From Octopus vulgaris (lineage: Eukaryota), in assembly GCA_951406725.2 (NCBI GenBank), contig OX597834.1, positions 4,588,001 to 4,652,000 of the forward strand: DNA of 64,000 nt. The letters run 5' to 3'. Under the pieces are notes generated by a model. It searched no databases. It was not told the origin of the DNA and saw only the letters and a program-made list of their open reading frames with translations. A program made the translations under genes and the position numbers. Positions 26,785 to 41,430 of the stretch are shown here, piece after piece (positions within the stretch are counted from its first letter, which is position 1; the number at the start of each line of letters is the position of its first letter).

Positions 26785-27066
26785 ACATACACACTCACAT
26801 AAACACACACACACGCACACACACAGACACACACACACAGACACACACACACACAGACACATACACACAGAGACACACAGAGACACACAGACACACAGAC
26901 GGACACACACAGACACACACAGACACACAGACACACAGACACAGACACACACACACAGGCACATACACACAGAGACACGCACAGACACACAGACACACAG
27001 ACAAACACACACAGATACACAGACACAGACGCACAGACACACAGACACACACACACATACAGACAC
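26785..27066. repeat. (AC)n/(ACAG) compound microsatellite
   Basis: Direct inspection. Confidence 0.95.
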
Positions 27067-27688
27067 ATGGGGAACCCCAACTTGTTGTATAGCTGCAATG
27101 GAATGGAGCCGAAATCCAGCAGCAGAAAATTCTAAGGAACCATGAATACAACAGCTGGTATGTTGGTGTGTAAGCGATCGTATAAGTATGAGCTAATGGA
27201 TGTGTGCATTTTCCGTAATAATACAATTTGGCCTGTGCAGAATACCACGTGAAACTAAATAAGCAGACACCGTGCACATTGTCGCTCATGTCGAACGTGT
27301 AATAACACACTCATAGAGAGCGGACTGAAACCGTTAGCGTTTGTTAGTTTCAAAGGAGCCATGGATGAAGAGCATTGAAATTAAGATTTACTTGCGTAAA
27401 CAGTGATTAAATATCGCCCGAGGAGATACGTATAGATCGTATTATACAGGTAAATCGTTACCTGATTTAATTCGAATTAAATTGGAATTTAAATTTAAAT
27501 CCTGCATATATACGTTAAAGGTATGTTAAAGGCGGTGCTCCAGCATGGCCGCAGTCACATGACTGAAACAAGTAAAAGAGTAAAGAGTAAGAGTATACGT
27601 AGATCTATATGCATCGAAACATTTGAAAAGCTGCCTAACCGTACTTACTCTTTCTTTTGACTCTGTTAATCTTTACTTTATTTTATTC

Positions 27689-27719
<31 letters not shown>

Positions 27720-27725
27720 ATCTAA

Positions 27726-28665
<940 letters not shown>

Positions 28666-28682
28666 TTATCTATCTATCTATC

Positions 28683-28724
<42 letters not shown>

Positions 28725-28792
28725 TTATCTATCTACATACATACATACATACATACATACATACATACATACATACAAACATACATACATAC

Positions 28793-28830
<38 letters not shown>

Positions 28831-28834
28831 GTTT

Positions 28835-28993
28835 CGCAAAATACTTGCACATACAAGTGCTGCTACCAGTCGAAAGACCCGCATACTGGAAGCTAGCAAG
28901 TATATGAGGTCATCAGGAGAGAATGCACGGTGTTTCGGGGTCTACCTCTCGACGGCATCATTGCGTACCGGTCCCCTCTCATTGATATGAGCA
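28835..28993 (-). mobile_element. 3' UTR of a HERO-like LINE
   Basis: Homologous to 40945-41101, which follows the RLE-type ORF end. Confidence 0.7.
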
Positions 28994-29078
28994 AAAGAAT
29001 TCATGAAGCTCACGCACTAAGTTCGAATCCATAATGGATAAAGATGTAGCTGTCTTGCGCATGTTTTCGGTATTCATT

Positions 29079-29165
29079 AATTAGCAATCCCGCTGATGAT
29101 CTACAGATTCCAAATTAAATTATTTGGCAATAATTAGTAAAACTCGAGTTCGGGATTAACTAATT
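29079..29165 (+). ncRNA. Decayed type I hammerhead
   Basis: AATCCCG CTGATGA TCTA..TAGT AAAA CTCGAG TT CGGGATT; 7-bp stem I plus AATTAG/CTAATT extension; GAAA mutated to AAAA. Confidence 0.7.
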
Positions 29166-29564
29166 TATTTTTTGTTCGTTCTGGTGTTTTTCCTGGTTGG
29201 GTTCTAACTGTCCTTTTTGTCATGTTAGGAGTTCTGTCAAGGGTCTCCTCTCTGTGTATAAAAAATATACACTCTTATATTTTTAAAAATATGTTATGCC
29301 TTATGACTTACTTATGCATACTAATCCCTAGTAATAAATTATTTTAAATTATTACCCTCATATTTACGAAAGTATATATATGTGTGTGTGTGTATGTATA
29401 CATATATATGTATGCATATATATATGTATGTGTATAAATATATGTATGTGTATATATATGTATGTGTATAAATATATGTATGTATGTGTATAAATATATA
29501 TATATATTTTCCGGGAACGCTGCCGCTGTTCTCTTTTAGAGAGACTTAGTTATTTTAATATTTC

Positions 29565-29624
<60 letters not shown>

Positions 29625-29879
29625 CAGTGTAGCAGATTTTGAGGAAGTGAAACATTGTATGGTATTTAAGTTTAAAATTGTAATTATTCAAAAGTCATTT
29701 CATTGCAACTAGGCATGGTATTGAATTTTGAATAGTTTCAATGTTCATATATTCATGTATGTGGATTCTACATACGCTCCCATACACTGAATAGAAAATC
29801 AAACATTCTTTTAGTGATAAACGTGAACATTTGTTTTCTCATCCTTTTTAAGGTCTTTTTAATCAGCCCAATAGACCAT

Positions 29880-30110
29880 TAAATACAGATTATTGCCTCA
29901 AAATTTCAGATCTGTTTATTCATTGATATTTTTAGAGATAGTTCAGAAATTGTTCAATAAAATTTATTCTTAGATTAGATCGGTTTTATTCTGAGTTACT
30001 ATAATTATTTAGATATAACATTTTGGAATGTTTCCATATTGCCATATTAGAATCTTTATAAACAACACTTATGTTCACATTCCGTTCCTCCAATTTCACA
30101 CCAAATTTAT
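29880..30110 (-). pseudogene. Highly decayed PLE GIY-YIG C-terminal remnant
   Basis: Fragments NISVVYK and NRSEIL appear in the expected order. Confidence 0.35.
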
Positions 30111-30822
30111 CACACTCTAAGAATATTTCCTCAATAAACCATATAACTGACAATAATAATATTTCATTTAATCAAATACTTTTTAAGTGACTGATGGCCG
30201 TCTGTGTCGGCCAGTCTAATTATGATATAAGAAGATATTACTTCACATTTCATTGAAACAAAAGGTCAGAATAACAAGAATTTAGAGTTTTCTGTAATTA
30301 GTAGATTTAAGTAGTTGTTGATTAGCCCCGCAACATTTAAAAAATTATATTTATGATATTTTTCATCTTGGTTTCCTTCAAGAAATTCTTCTGAGGTATA
30401 TATCATGAGCATTTAACAATGAAGTAGTCCCATGGAACTGCAGTTCAGAAAACATCTGTTTCTTTTAAGTCATTCAGTAACACAATCCAGCCCAAGTCAA
30501 ATTTGCCGTTCGTTCTTTGGAGGCAGATAAAACAACAGCGAAGTAAATTACCAAGTACCGGAGTTTGTTGTTGCCAAAAAAGCTTATCGTTGATAAGCAC
30601 AACCCTGAATGCATAATATGAAGCACAACAGAAACAACAGTATCCGAAATATTGTCGCTTGCAGCAGCAAGAACATCGCAAGAGCTAAGTTCTGTGGGAG
30701 ATGAGGATGCTGTTATTGATAGGCGTGTGCTATTGACCTCAGCCTCACCCTAATATCTGTCCGAAGTCAAGGCTCGGTCTTAAAGTAGGATAAGTTCTTT
30801 GTTCGTCTTAATGATTATGTGT

Positions 30823-30919
30823 GGAGTGGCTGTGTGGTAAGTAGCTTGCTAACCAACCACATGGTTCCGGGTTCAGTCCCACTGCGTGGCATCTTGGGCA
30901 AGTGTCTTCTGCTATATCC
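30823..30919 (+). mobile_element. SINE family B head fragment
   Basis: GGAGTGGCTGTGTGGTAAGTAGC..CTTGGGCAAGTGTCTTC. Confidence 0.88.
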
Positions 30920-31114
30920 TTCGAGTGTAGGATTCTTGTTTGTTTACATTCAATTTTTTGGTTGGGCGGCTCATTATTTGTGTCGTACATTGCGTAGGGT
31001 ATTGTTTGTTTTATTAATGATGGTCATTAAACATTTTTTATGTTTAGATTATGCTGTTCTATTTGTTATATCGAGCCCAAATATTGTTGGGACGTTGGCT
31101 ATCTAGAATTATGT

Positions 31115-31520
31115 TTATATCTCTTAAAGATTTGACCGTGCTTGCGTGAACATCTAAGAGCTTGTTCGTGTCTTGTATTAATTAATGCGTGTTTTGATGT
31201 AAATATTTGGTAAAGCTCCTCTACGCAAAGGCCGCATCTATTTCCTCCTACTCGATAAGGCTTAGCAGGCAGTGCTAATTAATTCCCAATAAAATAGCTA
31301 TTGTTTTTGTTTTTAATTGACTAAATTAGTTTTCTTAGGCTTGTATTATATTTTCCCTATCTCTAAAGGAATTTAAATGATTGGTCAGTCTGGTTTTGAA
31401 AAAAGAAAGTTTTCCCTTCCCTACGAGACAACTTTACATCTATAGACCAAGTTCTTAGCCTTACATTTTGAGTTTAACGGGCATGCTTTATCTCTAGCAC
31501 AGTTGCATACACCTGTTTGT
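31115..31520 (-). pseudogene. Penelope-like element Cys-rich linker and GIY-YIG endonuclease remnant
   Basis: Reads CNCARDKACPLNSKCKAKNLVYRCKV..FKTRLTNHLNSFR..AKPYRVGGNRCGLCVEELYQI..LINTRHEQALRCSRK, the typical PLE endonuclease pattern, with stops and a deletion. Confidence 0.85.
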
Positions 31521-32047
31521 CTATTTCTATTATTTATTGTGTTATTGACTTTACTAGAAGTCACACCTATTCTTTCTTCCTCCGGTCCGGTATTGTTTCT
31601 GCATTCCCTAAAGATATTAATTTTGGTGCTGCTCTTTCTAGGGTTCGTCCTTCTACTTCTATGCCTTTCAACGAGTTTCTTAGGTATTTAGGTAAAATGA
31701 AGATTATTACAACTTAGCACTAGAGAAAGTAGGATATAAAAAATTAATATTCAACAAGGAATACCAAAAAAAACAAAAAAACAAAAAAAACACACGAAAT
31801 CAAAAATAGCACACACAACCATTAAAACGAACAAATAGTCTTAAGAAAGCAGCAATTTCTTTAGTCAATTTACGGTGATCACTTACAAACTTTAAACTCA
31901 TAAAAATACTGTTATTGTTATCATTCTCAGAATTGCAAATACACGCACCGTTTAATAAAATCATCGCAGAAGACGCACGTCTGTTTATAAAAAAGCAACA
32001 TTGTGAAATTATAGTTCTTAAATCTGACAGAAAGAAGCGGGGAGGAG

Positions 32048-32118
32048 GGTGCGTTGGTGTAATGGTAGCACACTTGTCACGAAAACATAGAGGAGTGGGT
32101 TCAAGTCCCATGCGTACA
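32048..32118 (+). pseudogene. tRNA-like sequence
   Basis: Acceptor GTGCGT/GCGTAC, box A TGGTGTAATGG, T arm GTGGG-TTCAAGT-CCCAT; anticodon arm is imperfect. Confidence 0.55.
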
Positions 32119-32301
32119 GAAAACCCACTTTTACCCTCGAGGTCTTATGTGCCCCAATATTAGTCTACTTTTCTTTCTGTAGTTCATACATGGTGATTGC
32201 TTATGAGCTTTAAGCTTATAAAGATATTATTATTTACAGAATATATATATATATATATCAACGGCGGTGCATCAGCATGGGCGCAGCCTGAGCTGAGACT
32301 A

Positions 32302-32372
<71 letters not shown>

Positions 32373-32374
<2 letters not shown>

Positions 32375-32681
32375 AGTGGCTGTGTGGTAAGTAGCTTGCT
32401 AACCAACCACATGGTTCCGGGTTCAGTCCCACTGCGTGGCACCTTGGGCAAGTGTCTTCTGCTATAGCCCCGGGCCGACCAATGCCTTGTGAGTGGATTT
32501 TGTAGACGGAACCGATGCTGATGTGTTTACGTCCCCGTCACTTAGCGGTTCGGCAAAAGAGACCGATAGAATAAGTACTGGGCTTACAAAGAATAATTCC
32601 TGGGGTCGATTTGCTCGACTAAAGGCGGTGCTCCAGCATGGCCGCAGTCAAATGACTGAAACAAGTAAAAGAGTAAAGAGT
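32373..32681 (+). mobile_element. SINE family B with internal deletion
   Basis: Head and tail present; central microsatellite part deleted at GACGGAACCGATG. Confidence 0.9.
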
Positions 32682-32692
32682 ATATATATGTA

Positions 32693-32759
<67 letters not shown>

Positions 32760-32762
<3 letters not shown>

Positions 32763-33035
32763 AATCAAGGAACGGCCATTATAGGCCATTCACCCACTAG
32801 AAATAACAGCCAAAGCTTCAACCGCAAAATAACATTAATTCCGCAAACCAGGAGAAAATTAAAAAAAACATTTACCCTGTAATTTCTTATACGATGCACC
32901 GTTTCATCTACTGCAAATAAATATAAGCCGCCGATTCCATTACGGAATTAACCAGAAAATTCATAATTAATCAATATAGGGTGGCAAAAAATTTTGTAGA
33001 ATTTTTTTTGCCACCAGCGGCCTAGTGTGAAAAAA
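32760..33035 (-). mobile_element. Relative of the 23-kb element lacking the hammerhead segment
   Basis: Aligns by eye with 22970-23082, 23087-23152 and 23513-23578; begins at (TA)n. Confidence 0.75.
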
Positions 33036-33877
33036 TGTGTGTGTGTGTGTGTGTGTGTTCAACCGCAAAATATTATATTATACCCTGTAATTTCTTATAC
33101 GTATGTATGTATGTAATGTGTGTGTGTGTGTGTTCTATATATATATATATGTGTGTGATATAGATTAATACCACTATAATTTGAGTGACCGATGATACGA
33201 AATGAACAGACCCACGTCCATACTTTATTGTACATATATTATTCGAAAACTTTATCTTATTTATTTAAAAAGCAATACAAGGGGGAATCTATACATATAA
33301 TCTCTTTTGTGAAAGTCAGCTATATTTGAATTTAGCATGTAGAATGGGCCCCTAAAGAATTTGCTTTGTTCCTATTGCTGATTGAATTAAGTGTCGTCAT
33401 TTCACTTCCTTTGTAAATATATATCTATAGATTATTTTGTGAACTGAGTAATGAATGCTTCAGTAAAGACGCCTAATATGTTTTTGTAATTTATCTCAGA
33501 GTCTACTGCATCTGTTATACTGTCTTCTTGATATTCTTTATGCCATTGAAAATGTTCAGACAAATAACTTTATTAGAATTATCTTCCTTGCATGTCATTT
33601 TCCGAATTTAATTATCACTAGAGTGATGTCAACTATACGAAGTATTCCAGCCCTCTACTGTTAGATATGCGAGACAATAATGTATTTCTATTTAGTATGA
33701 AGAACACTGCTTCGACATATTTTTCTTCAGTCATAAGCAAACCAATAAAACTAAAATCTTCCTGTTGATATTCAGTGTTGATCATTCTTAATTTTTGCCG
33801 ACTGAGTTGAACGCGCTTCGCTGAGATCAAATATGAAGAAAATACGCTAGTTAATTTCTCCAATTTAAGACATTTAA

Positions 33878-34293
33878 GGAGTGGCTGTGTGGTAAGTAGC
33901 TTGCTTACCAACCACATGGTTCCGGGTTCAGTCCCACTGCATGGTACCTTGGGCAAGTGTCTTCTACTATAGCCTCGGGCTGACCAAAGCATTGTGAGTG
34001 GATTTGGTAGACGGAAACTGAAAGAAGTCTGTCATATATATGTATATATGTATGTATGTATGTGTGTATATGTTTGCGTGTCTGTGTTTGACCCCCCCCA
34101 CCCAAATCGCTTGACAACCGATGCTGGTGTGTTTACGTCCCCGTAACTTAGCGGTTCGGCAAAAGAGACCGATAGAATAAGTACTGGGCTTACAAAAAAT
34201 AAGTCCCGGGGTCGATTTGCTCGACTAAAGGCGGTGCTCCAGCATGGCCGCATTCAAATGTCTGAAACAAGTAAAAGAGTAAAAGAGAGTAAA
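33878..34293 (+). mobile_element. SINE family B, full length
   Basis: Complete head-to-tail match. Confidence 0.92.
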
Positions 34294-34399
34294 ATGATTT
34301 GATAAGATATTGAAAGTAAAGCATCACACCTGATTCTTTTCTCAGGAAGTAGATTTGTGAAATGATTTCGCGAGCAACCGTAGTTAATCGAATATTCGC

Positions 34400-34760
34400 A
34401 AGTTAGTGTATCACATATATATGTAAGAGATGATCCGGTTTGTATTCAGGATGCAGAGGTCTCGGTTGATTCATTTTGCTACAGCAATATTGTTGAAATT
34501 TATAATCAGTCAAAACCATATTACATTTGTATTCATGTACATTGATCACGCTTATTCTTAGGAAAGTTTAGAATATGCTACATCAAGAAGGTATAAGGGC
34601 GGAAAAGTCTCCGTTGCTTTCAAAAATTGGCTTGAATCCAAATCCAACACCCCATACTTCATTCATATTCAAGAGCTTAAAGAAATATGATGTTATAGGA
34701 GTTACACATTATTTTTGTCTTCTAAATTCACTTTTGTCATATTTCAAGAGTAATCTCAAT
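34400..34760 (-). pseudogene. Possible ancient RTE-like APE endonuclease remnant
   Basis: Fragments VWGVGFGFKP, ISVINVH and LHPEYK occur in the order expected for RTE EN motifs; very degenerate. Confidence 0.3.
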
Positions 34761-35361
34761 TTTTCGATATGTGATATCAGTGATATCCCCACGTCAGTTT
34801 TCTCACAAATTACACTTCGATGGCCGAACTTCCTCTTTTATAAGTTGTGGTTTTCCATTTATTTCTCATACGAGGGTGAGTTTAATTCTTGAATGTAATT
34901 TCTTTACAATTCCATTAAAGGAAGTGTATTAAGAAAAGAAATGTAGATCTCCTACAGAACGCACTCAGCTCTTTTCTGCAGAATTAGAGAATAGTCCTAT
35001 TGTTTTCAAAATTTTTATATATTTGCCTACTATATTATAACAACATATTGCGGTTTTCATTATTGTTTCCAAATGAATATCTCTGTAGTTGTCTTGTCTT
35101 CGGCTTTTCATAGCATATCAGTTTTCTGAAGCTAAACATATAAAGCAGTATATATACAAAGTTTGTACAGGCATCTTTGCATAATGGAAACCATATACAT
35201 AAACGTACACACACACACACACATACACTTTATATATACATACACATACGTACACACACACACACACAGACATATATATACACATACATATACGTACATA
35301 TATATATATATACATATACTTATATATGTATGAATGTGAAGATGTATGTGCACACATACAT

Positions 35362-35409
<48 letters not shown>

Positions 35410-35475
35410 ACATATATATATATATGCTTGTATGTGCGTGAGTCTGTTTGTATGCATTTATTAATGCATATATGA

Positions 35476-35524
<49 letters not shown>

Positions 35525-36480
35525 TTATATAGAAGCAGTGTTCTTGCTTGCCAGTTTGCATATAAAATGTCATACGTCGTAGAGAGACTTGCAACACGGA
35601 GTCAATATTTAACTGCTTTCAATAGTTTACATGCCATATATTTTCATACTGACTGACTTGTTGTGAATAGGTCTTCTTGGCCTCTTGTGACCTCAAGCAT
35701 TGTCCAATCTTCAGTTTTCATATGAACTCAATGACGGCCTCAAAACTCTCAGTGACATGTAATATTTCGACTTTCTGCTTGTATGTGTGTTTTGCATATT
35801 TTTTTGTGTATGTATGTGTGTGTGCCTATACATTGTTGATAATTGTATGTAAATAAGTAAGAGCGTAGAAGTATGTGTTTGTTTTATTGTTGTGCACTAC
35901 TGTCAGAATCATATCTGCATAAGTGTATAAGTAGTTTTCGAGAATTGTGTTATTATCTCTACGATATTTCATTTGAAATTGTGTGTATGTGTGTGTGTGA
36001 ATTGTATTGGTAATATGTTTAGTGTGGACTGTCTATTTGTGAACGCAAATTTAGCAGCTCGTAAGTGGAAGACGGCCAACACTATTATTACTATGGGATA
36101 TGCGCCGAATCTTAACTTTCTAATCTCTCTGTGACATCTATTGGCACCATCGTCATGGCGGATTCCAATCTAATGGAAGAACAGAAAAGATTCGCTGTGT
36201 TCGTAGTTTCAGTTCCTAAATTTTAAAAGTTAGTGATATGTGAATCGCATATTATCAACTTTTAAGATGTATCCGAATTATTTGTGATTGGAGTCGGGAA
36301 ATGCTGGAGGCCTGTGGTGGAGACGTAATACCTCTGGTCAAGAATAAGAAACATTGCCGCAGTCAGACGACGTCGGAATTCCAGGCACTACCAGTGAGAA
36401 CCCTAGCGGGTCGATAATGTTATAAGCGCGGTGAACGAAATATATTTTCGCTGAAGTTTTGAAAATGAATTTATACAATG

Positions 36481-36676
36481 AATTTCAAATTTTGGTACAA
36501 GGCCATTAATTCCAGTGGAGTGGGGGATAAGTCGATTACATCGACTCCAGTGTTCAACTAGTACTTATTTTATCGACTCTGATAGCATGACAGGAAAACT
36601 CAACCTCGGTCGAATTTAAACTCAGAATGTGAAGACGGACGAAGTGCCACTAAGCATTTTTCTCCGGCTCGCCGCT
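36481..36676 (-). mobile_element. Older SINE A subfamily with a different 3' tail
   Basis: Family A body with CCTTGTACCAAAATTTGAAA tail. Confidence 0.8.
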
Positions 36677-37272
36677 GTATAATTTACATAGATTAAAGAT
36701 ATTTTTATCTGTGCGGATTCTTTTGATTTTTGGGTCATATTCATGAACGAAATAATTGATTAACGTCTGCTTTTGGCATCTTTAATAGGTTTGGTTTAAT
36801 GTTATATTCGATATATTCTTATACTTAGCTTTATCCTCTTCCTAGAACGTTTCATTCTATATGTTGGCTGCCTCTTTGAATACAGTCACTTTGGAAAATA
36901 GTGTTAACGGTTTAAGTCTCATTGTTCTTTGTTAGTTACTTTGTTATATTCTGTGGATTGTTGGACGCAGTTCTGATGGTGTCGGATGATTTGATTTTCA
37001 TCCAGGCGGAGTTGCTGTAAAAAAGTAAGCATTTCCTCGATTGGAAAAGAATACTTGATTCAGAACTTTAGAAGTATGTGACAGTTTTTGTTTATTGGTA
37101 TATGAGTTTATATACTGAAAAGTAGTAAATTTTCTATCCCATCTTGAAAGCAGCAATAACCTTCTTTGTCTAGTACTTGTTGAAGAACCAATGACAGGCT
37201 TTGTATTATTATATAATCAGGGGCGGGTGGCACCGTTCTAATCAATTTTGGGTTAATATTATCCAGTATCAA

Positions 37273-37476
37273 GGTGGTGAGCGGGCAGAATCGTTAGCAC
37301 GCCGGGCAAAATACTCAGCAACATTTTGTCAGTCTATACGTTTTGAGTTCAAATATTGCTGAGGTTCACTTTTCCTTTCATCCTTTCGGAGCCGATAAAG
37401 TAAATACTATTTGAACACTGGGATCGATGTAATCGAACTTCTCCTTGTCGCTGACCTTGTGCCAAAATTCGAAACC
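37273..37476 (+). mobile_element. Older SINE A subfamily
   Basis: GGTGGTGAGCGGGCAGAATCGTTAGC head and CCTTGTGCCAAAATTCGAAA tail. Confidence 0.8.
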
Positions 37477-37640
37477 AATATTGTTTAGTACGCTAGGGCT
37501 TACGACATCGGGCAGTTATTCGTTGCACCAGACATTCTTCTTATAAGAAGAGAGAGTTGGATTGAAGGCAGTGGTAAGTTTGTTGATATCATTTGCCCCC
37601 TGTATATTTACATATATCTTCCTTATATATATATATATAA

Positions 37641-37697
<57 letters not shown>

Positions 37698-37735
37698 CAC
37701 ATACATATATATATGTGTATATATATATATATGTG

Positions 37736-37777
<42 letters not shown>

Positions 37778-37848
37778 TATATACATATATATACATATAT
37801 ATACACACACACACACACACACATATATATACATATATATACATATAT

Positions 37849-37886
<38 letters not shown>

Positions 37887-39554
37887 TTATATGTACATGT
37901 GTGTGTGCGTGCGTGTGCGTGTGTGTAGACAGAGAAAGAGAGGGAGGAAGGGCGTGAGAGAGGAGTGAGGGAGAGAGAGAGAGAAAGAGAGAACGTGAGA
38001 ACTAGAGAGAGAGGCATACGTGACCATAGCATCTTAAACGACGAATTTCCTGATTTTTCTTAAATTATGTACCCTGTAATAGATAAGCATTCAGATATTT
38101 ATTCTAGCTGTATATTTTTTGCTTTCTATACAATTTCTCATTTGTTTAACTTAATTATGCCTTACGCGATATACGGATCACAGGACAGTGTTAAATGTGA
38201 CAAACAGTGTTAAATGTAACATTTACAACAGTAAGTTTTTGTTTCACTGAAGAGTTGTTTGTTCTGTCTGAATGGTTGTTGATTTGACAAGAACAAATAC
38301 ATTTTCTATGGAGTAGGTTTATGTACCACAAGCAGTCTCTGATAATAATATTAATATCTATTGTAGCAACATATGAAAAACAGTTTTACTGACACGAAAC
38401 ATGGGGAATATCACACTATCACCTTGAACCTCCCGGTCACCTCCCGGTCACCTCCCGGTCACGTTTCTGGCGTTTGATATAACACGTTATCAGTAATATT
38501 ACAATGGCAATGCAATCGTTCAGGTCAAACGTATTATCAAAATTGGCTTCATTAGAAATAATTATCATAAACTTGCTGCCAGGCATCAAAGAAAACAACT
38601 TTATCTTTCCACTAATGCCTGAATGGAAGAATTTTTGATAGATAAATATGAAAAACTAAGGAAAGTGTCACTGAGAGTGATAAAAAGAATGGAGAAGAGT
38701 TGGGAAGAAGGAAAACAAGTTGAAATGATAATTTTGTCGAATATTCATCTTTTCATTAAAAGTAAGGCAGTTGTTACAAAAGTTCGTTTATCTGGCGACG
38801 GTTATTGTGTATCGTGGTGGTTTTACGATATTATATGTTCTTAGTCAACTTGGTTTCCCATTTGATAAGATTGAATATCTTATACTCGTTTATTGTCTGA
38901 ACAAATTTGGTAGAATACCAACGTGCATATATACGCGCCTACGCAGACACAGACACTGACACACACACACACACATACACATACACACACAAACACACAC
39001 ACACACACCCACTTACACAAATATACACATACCAGATACGAAAGTTGTAACTTGCTTCCACATAGATACACACGGAGACACACACAGACACGCATACAGG
39101 TATACAAACATGGTGAAAGAAGATAAGAAACTGCTATAAGAATCCTATACTTACATACTATATTTTATATTTTATATCTTATTATTTTATTTGAGTTTAC
39201 AGCTTAAATTGTGTTGAATACTTCATCAATTTCTATATGCATGTTGCGTTTAAGAAATAAATAATTAAACACAACACACACAAATATTTGGTGCATCGAT
39301 TTTTATGTTATTCTACTGAATAATAAATATTTCTCAGAAAACTTGAAGCATTATATATACATCATACAAACATGCATACATACATACATACATACATACA
39401 TACATACATACATACATACATACATACATACATACATACATACGTACGTACGTACGTACGTACATACATACATACATGCATGCATGCATACATACATTTA
39501 TATATATATATATATATATATACATATATATGTATACATATATATATATATCCA

Positions 39555-39653
<99 letters not shown>

Positions 39654-39876
39654 GTAAATATGTATTGTACACATATGCACAAACACACACATATAAATAT
39701 ACGGTGATCGGTCCTTCTTCAGGCATGATTGCTATCTTCTTGTGCCTCCTCGTTGTTAATAGCATTTTTGAGTTTCCGTTCATCACCTCACGGGTGACTA
39801 TCCAGTCCCGTTGCCGATCTTCATGATTTGGAACATACGTGACAGGAGAAAAGATAGCACTTGATATGGCCATATA

Positions 39877-40106
39877 TGTTTCTTCATTACCCACAAGGGG
39901 CTAAACGTAGAGGGGACAAACAAGGACAGACGAACGGATTAAGTCGATTACATAGACCCCAGTGCGTAACTGGTACTTAATTTATCGACCCCGTAAGGAT
40001 GAAAGGCAAAGTCGAACTCGGCAGAATTTGAACTCAGAACGTAACGACAGAGGAAATACGGCTACGCATTTCGCCCGGCGTGCTAACGTCTCTGCCAGCT
40101 CGAGCC
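39877..40106 (-). mobile_element. SINE family A
   Basis: Full-length reverse complement. Confidence 0.9.
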
Positions 40107-40807
40107 GTATATGCGGGTAGTTGAAGAGAGCTGTGGAAAATGTAGGCCTAGGAAGACGTGGGATGAAGAGGTGACGTTTGAACTTAAGATGTCAAGGTTA
40201 TGAGAGAAGACGATGTAGTACTGAGGTGAATGGTATTTTGCAGTGTTGGAGAAGAGCCATCCATGTCATCAGAATCGAGGCTCTGTCAAACTTCCTCCCA
40301 CAACTCATCTTCTACCCACTCTTCCATTAATTTTCTAGGTTACCCTATTTTATTCACTTCCGCTTCAATGAATGGATATCTTCTGCTAAAGCTCGATATC
40401 ACAGAGTTGCTTGTCAGTTGCTTGACTTTAACCAGTTGAGCATGTCCCTTAGTGGCTGACGATATGTGCATCTCTGATCACGATCAGAAGTAGTGGGGGA
40501 GCATCAAAGTCATGTGTTGAGAGGAATTCTTTGGAGTTTGAATAATTCACCTCTGGAAAAATGGGTGTTTCGTAGAAATGTAAATATTCACACTATGTTT
40601 TTGTTGTGTAATGTTTACACTAATTCTGTTCATTCAAAACACTGTGTGTAGCCATTGTTGTAAAATTAGTCTACACAACAATTATGTATGTTGTTGACAA
40701 GTAATTATATTATAAAGACCAGCGTTAATAATTCCTTCACCAGGATATCTCAGAGGAAAGTATATGTACGATTATATATATGTATTTTTATTCATTTGAG
40801 AACCATA

Positions 40808-40940
40808 ATTATTCTACATTATTTACATTATTGTAAGTGACGGATATTTGTCCTCATTTTGTTTGTTGTTAACTCAACGTTTCGGCTGATATACCGTCCA
40901 GCCTTCATCATATCCGTCAATTGTAAATAATGTAAATAAT
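40808..40940 (-). mobile_element. Small fold-back PLE-end fragment with a minimal hammerhead core
   Basis: Inverted arms ATTATTTACATTATT..TGACGGATAT / ATATCCGTCA..AATAATGTAAATAAT; minus strand TGATGA AGGCTG..CAGCC GAAACGTT. Confidence 0.6.
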
Positions 40941-40944
40941 GATG

Positions 40945-41430
40945 CCTTGCAAACAACTTGCACATGCAAGTGCTACTAGTCAATAACTCCGTATACCGGA
41001 AGCGAGCAAGTGTGTGGGGTCATCAGGAGAGAATGCGCGCCGTTTCAGGGCCTGCCTCTCGACGGCATCAATGCGCACAGGCCCCCCTCACTAATATGAG
41101 GCCCCGCTTGCTAGATCAGCTGGTTATCACATAAAGCTCAATATCGTCCCTTTTTAACCAAATCCAGGGGCTAGCCTTCTCCACTGTAGATTGGATATCG
41201 GTCATGGTGACATTGACTTTACGATGAGTTAGGCCTAGCGATAACAACAGTCGTCTCACACTGTGTCCAACGAACCCTCTACATCTGACTTCGATTGGAA
41301 GATGTTCCGCTTTCCAGCCTGCGTCTTCACATTCCTCGAGGAGGTATACAAAACGGTTAAATTTTAGAGCCCGAGCGGCGTCCATATTATCTTCAATGAG
41401 GAACCGTTAGCTCGACTATATTTACAACTG
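40945..41430 (-). pseudogene. HERO-like non-LTR retrotransposon 3' end (RLE endonuclease C-terminus plus 3' UTR)
   Basis: VELTVP..EDNMDAARALK..ECEDAGWKAEHLPIEVRCRGFVG..EKASPWIWLKR. Confidence 0.8.

Noticed and set aside
32048-32118. Functional tRNA gene
   Set aside because: Anticodon arm is malformed and the acceptor stem is rich in G-U pairs.
33633-33992. 119-aa ORF as a host gene
   Set aside because: The first third is antisense SINE B; the rest has no recognisable domain and may be decayed LINE.
36700-37200. Possible PLE RT N-terminal remnant on the minus strand
   Set aside because: Resemblance too faint to support without a profile search.
38428-38462. ACCTCCCGGTC x3 (and a 16-bp doublet at ~57968)
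   Set aside because: Ordinary slippage duplications with no further support.
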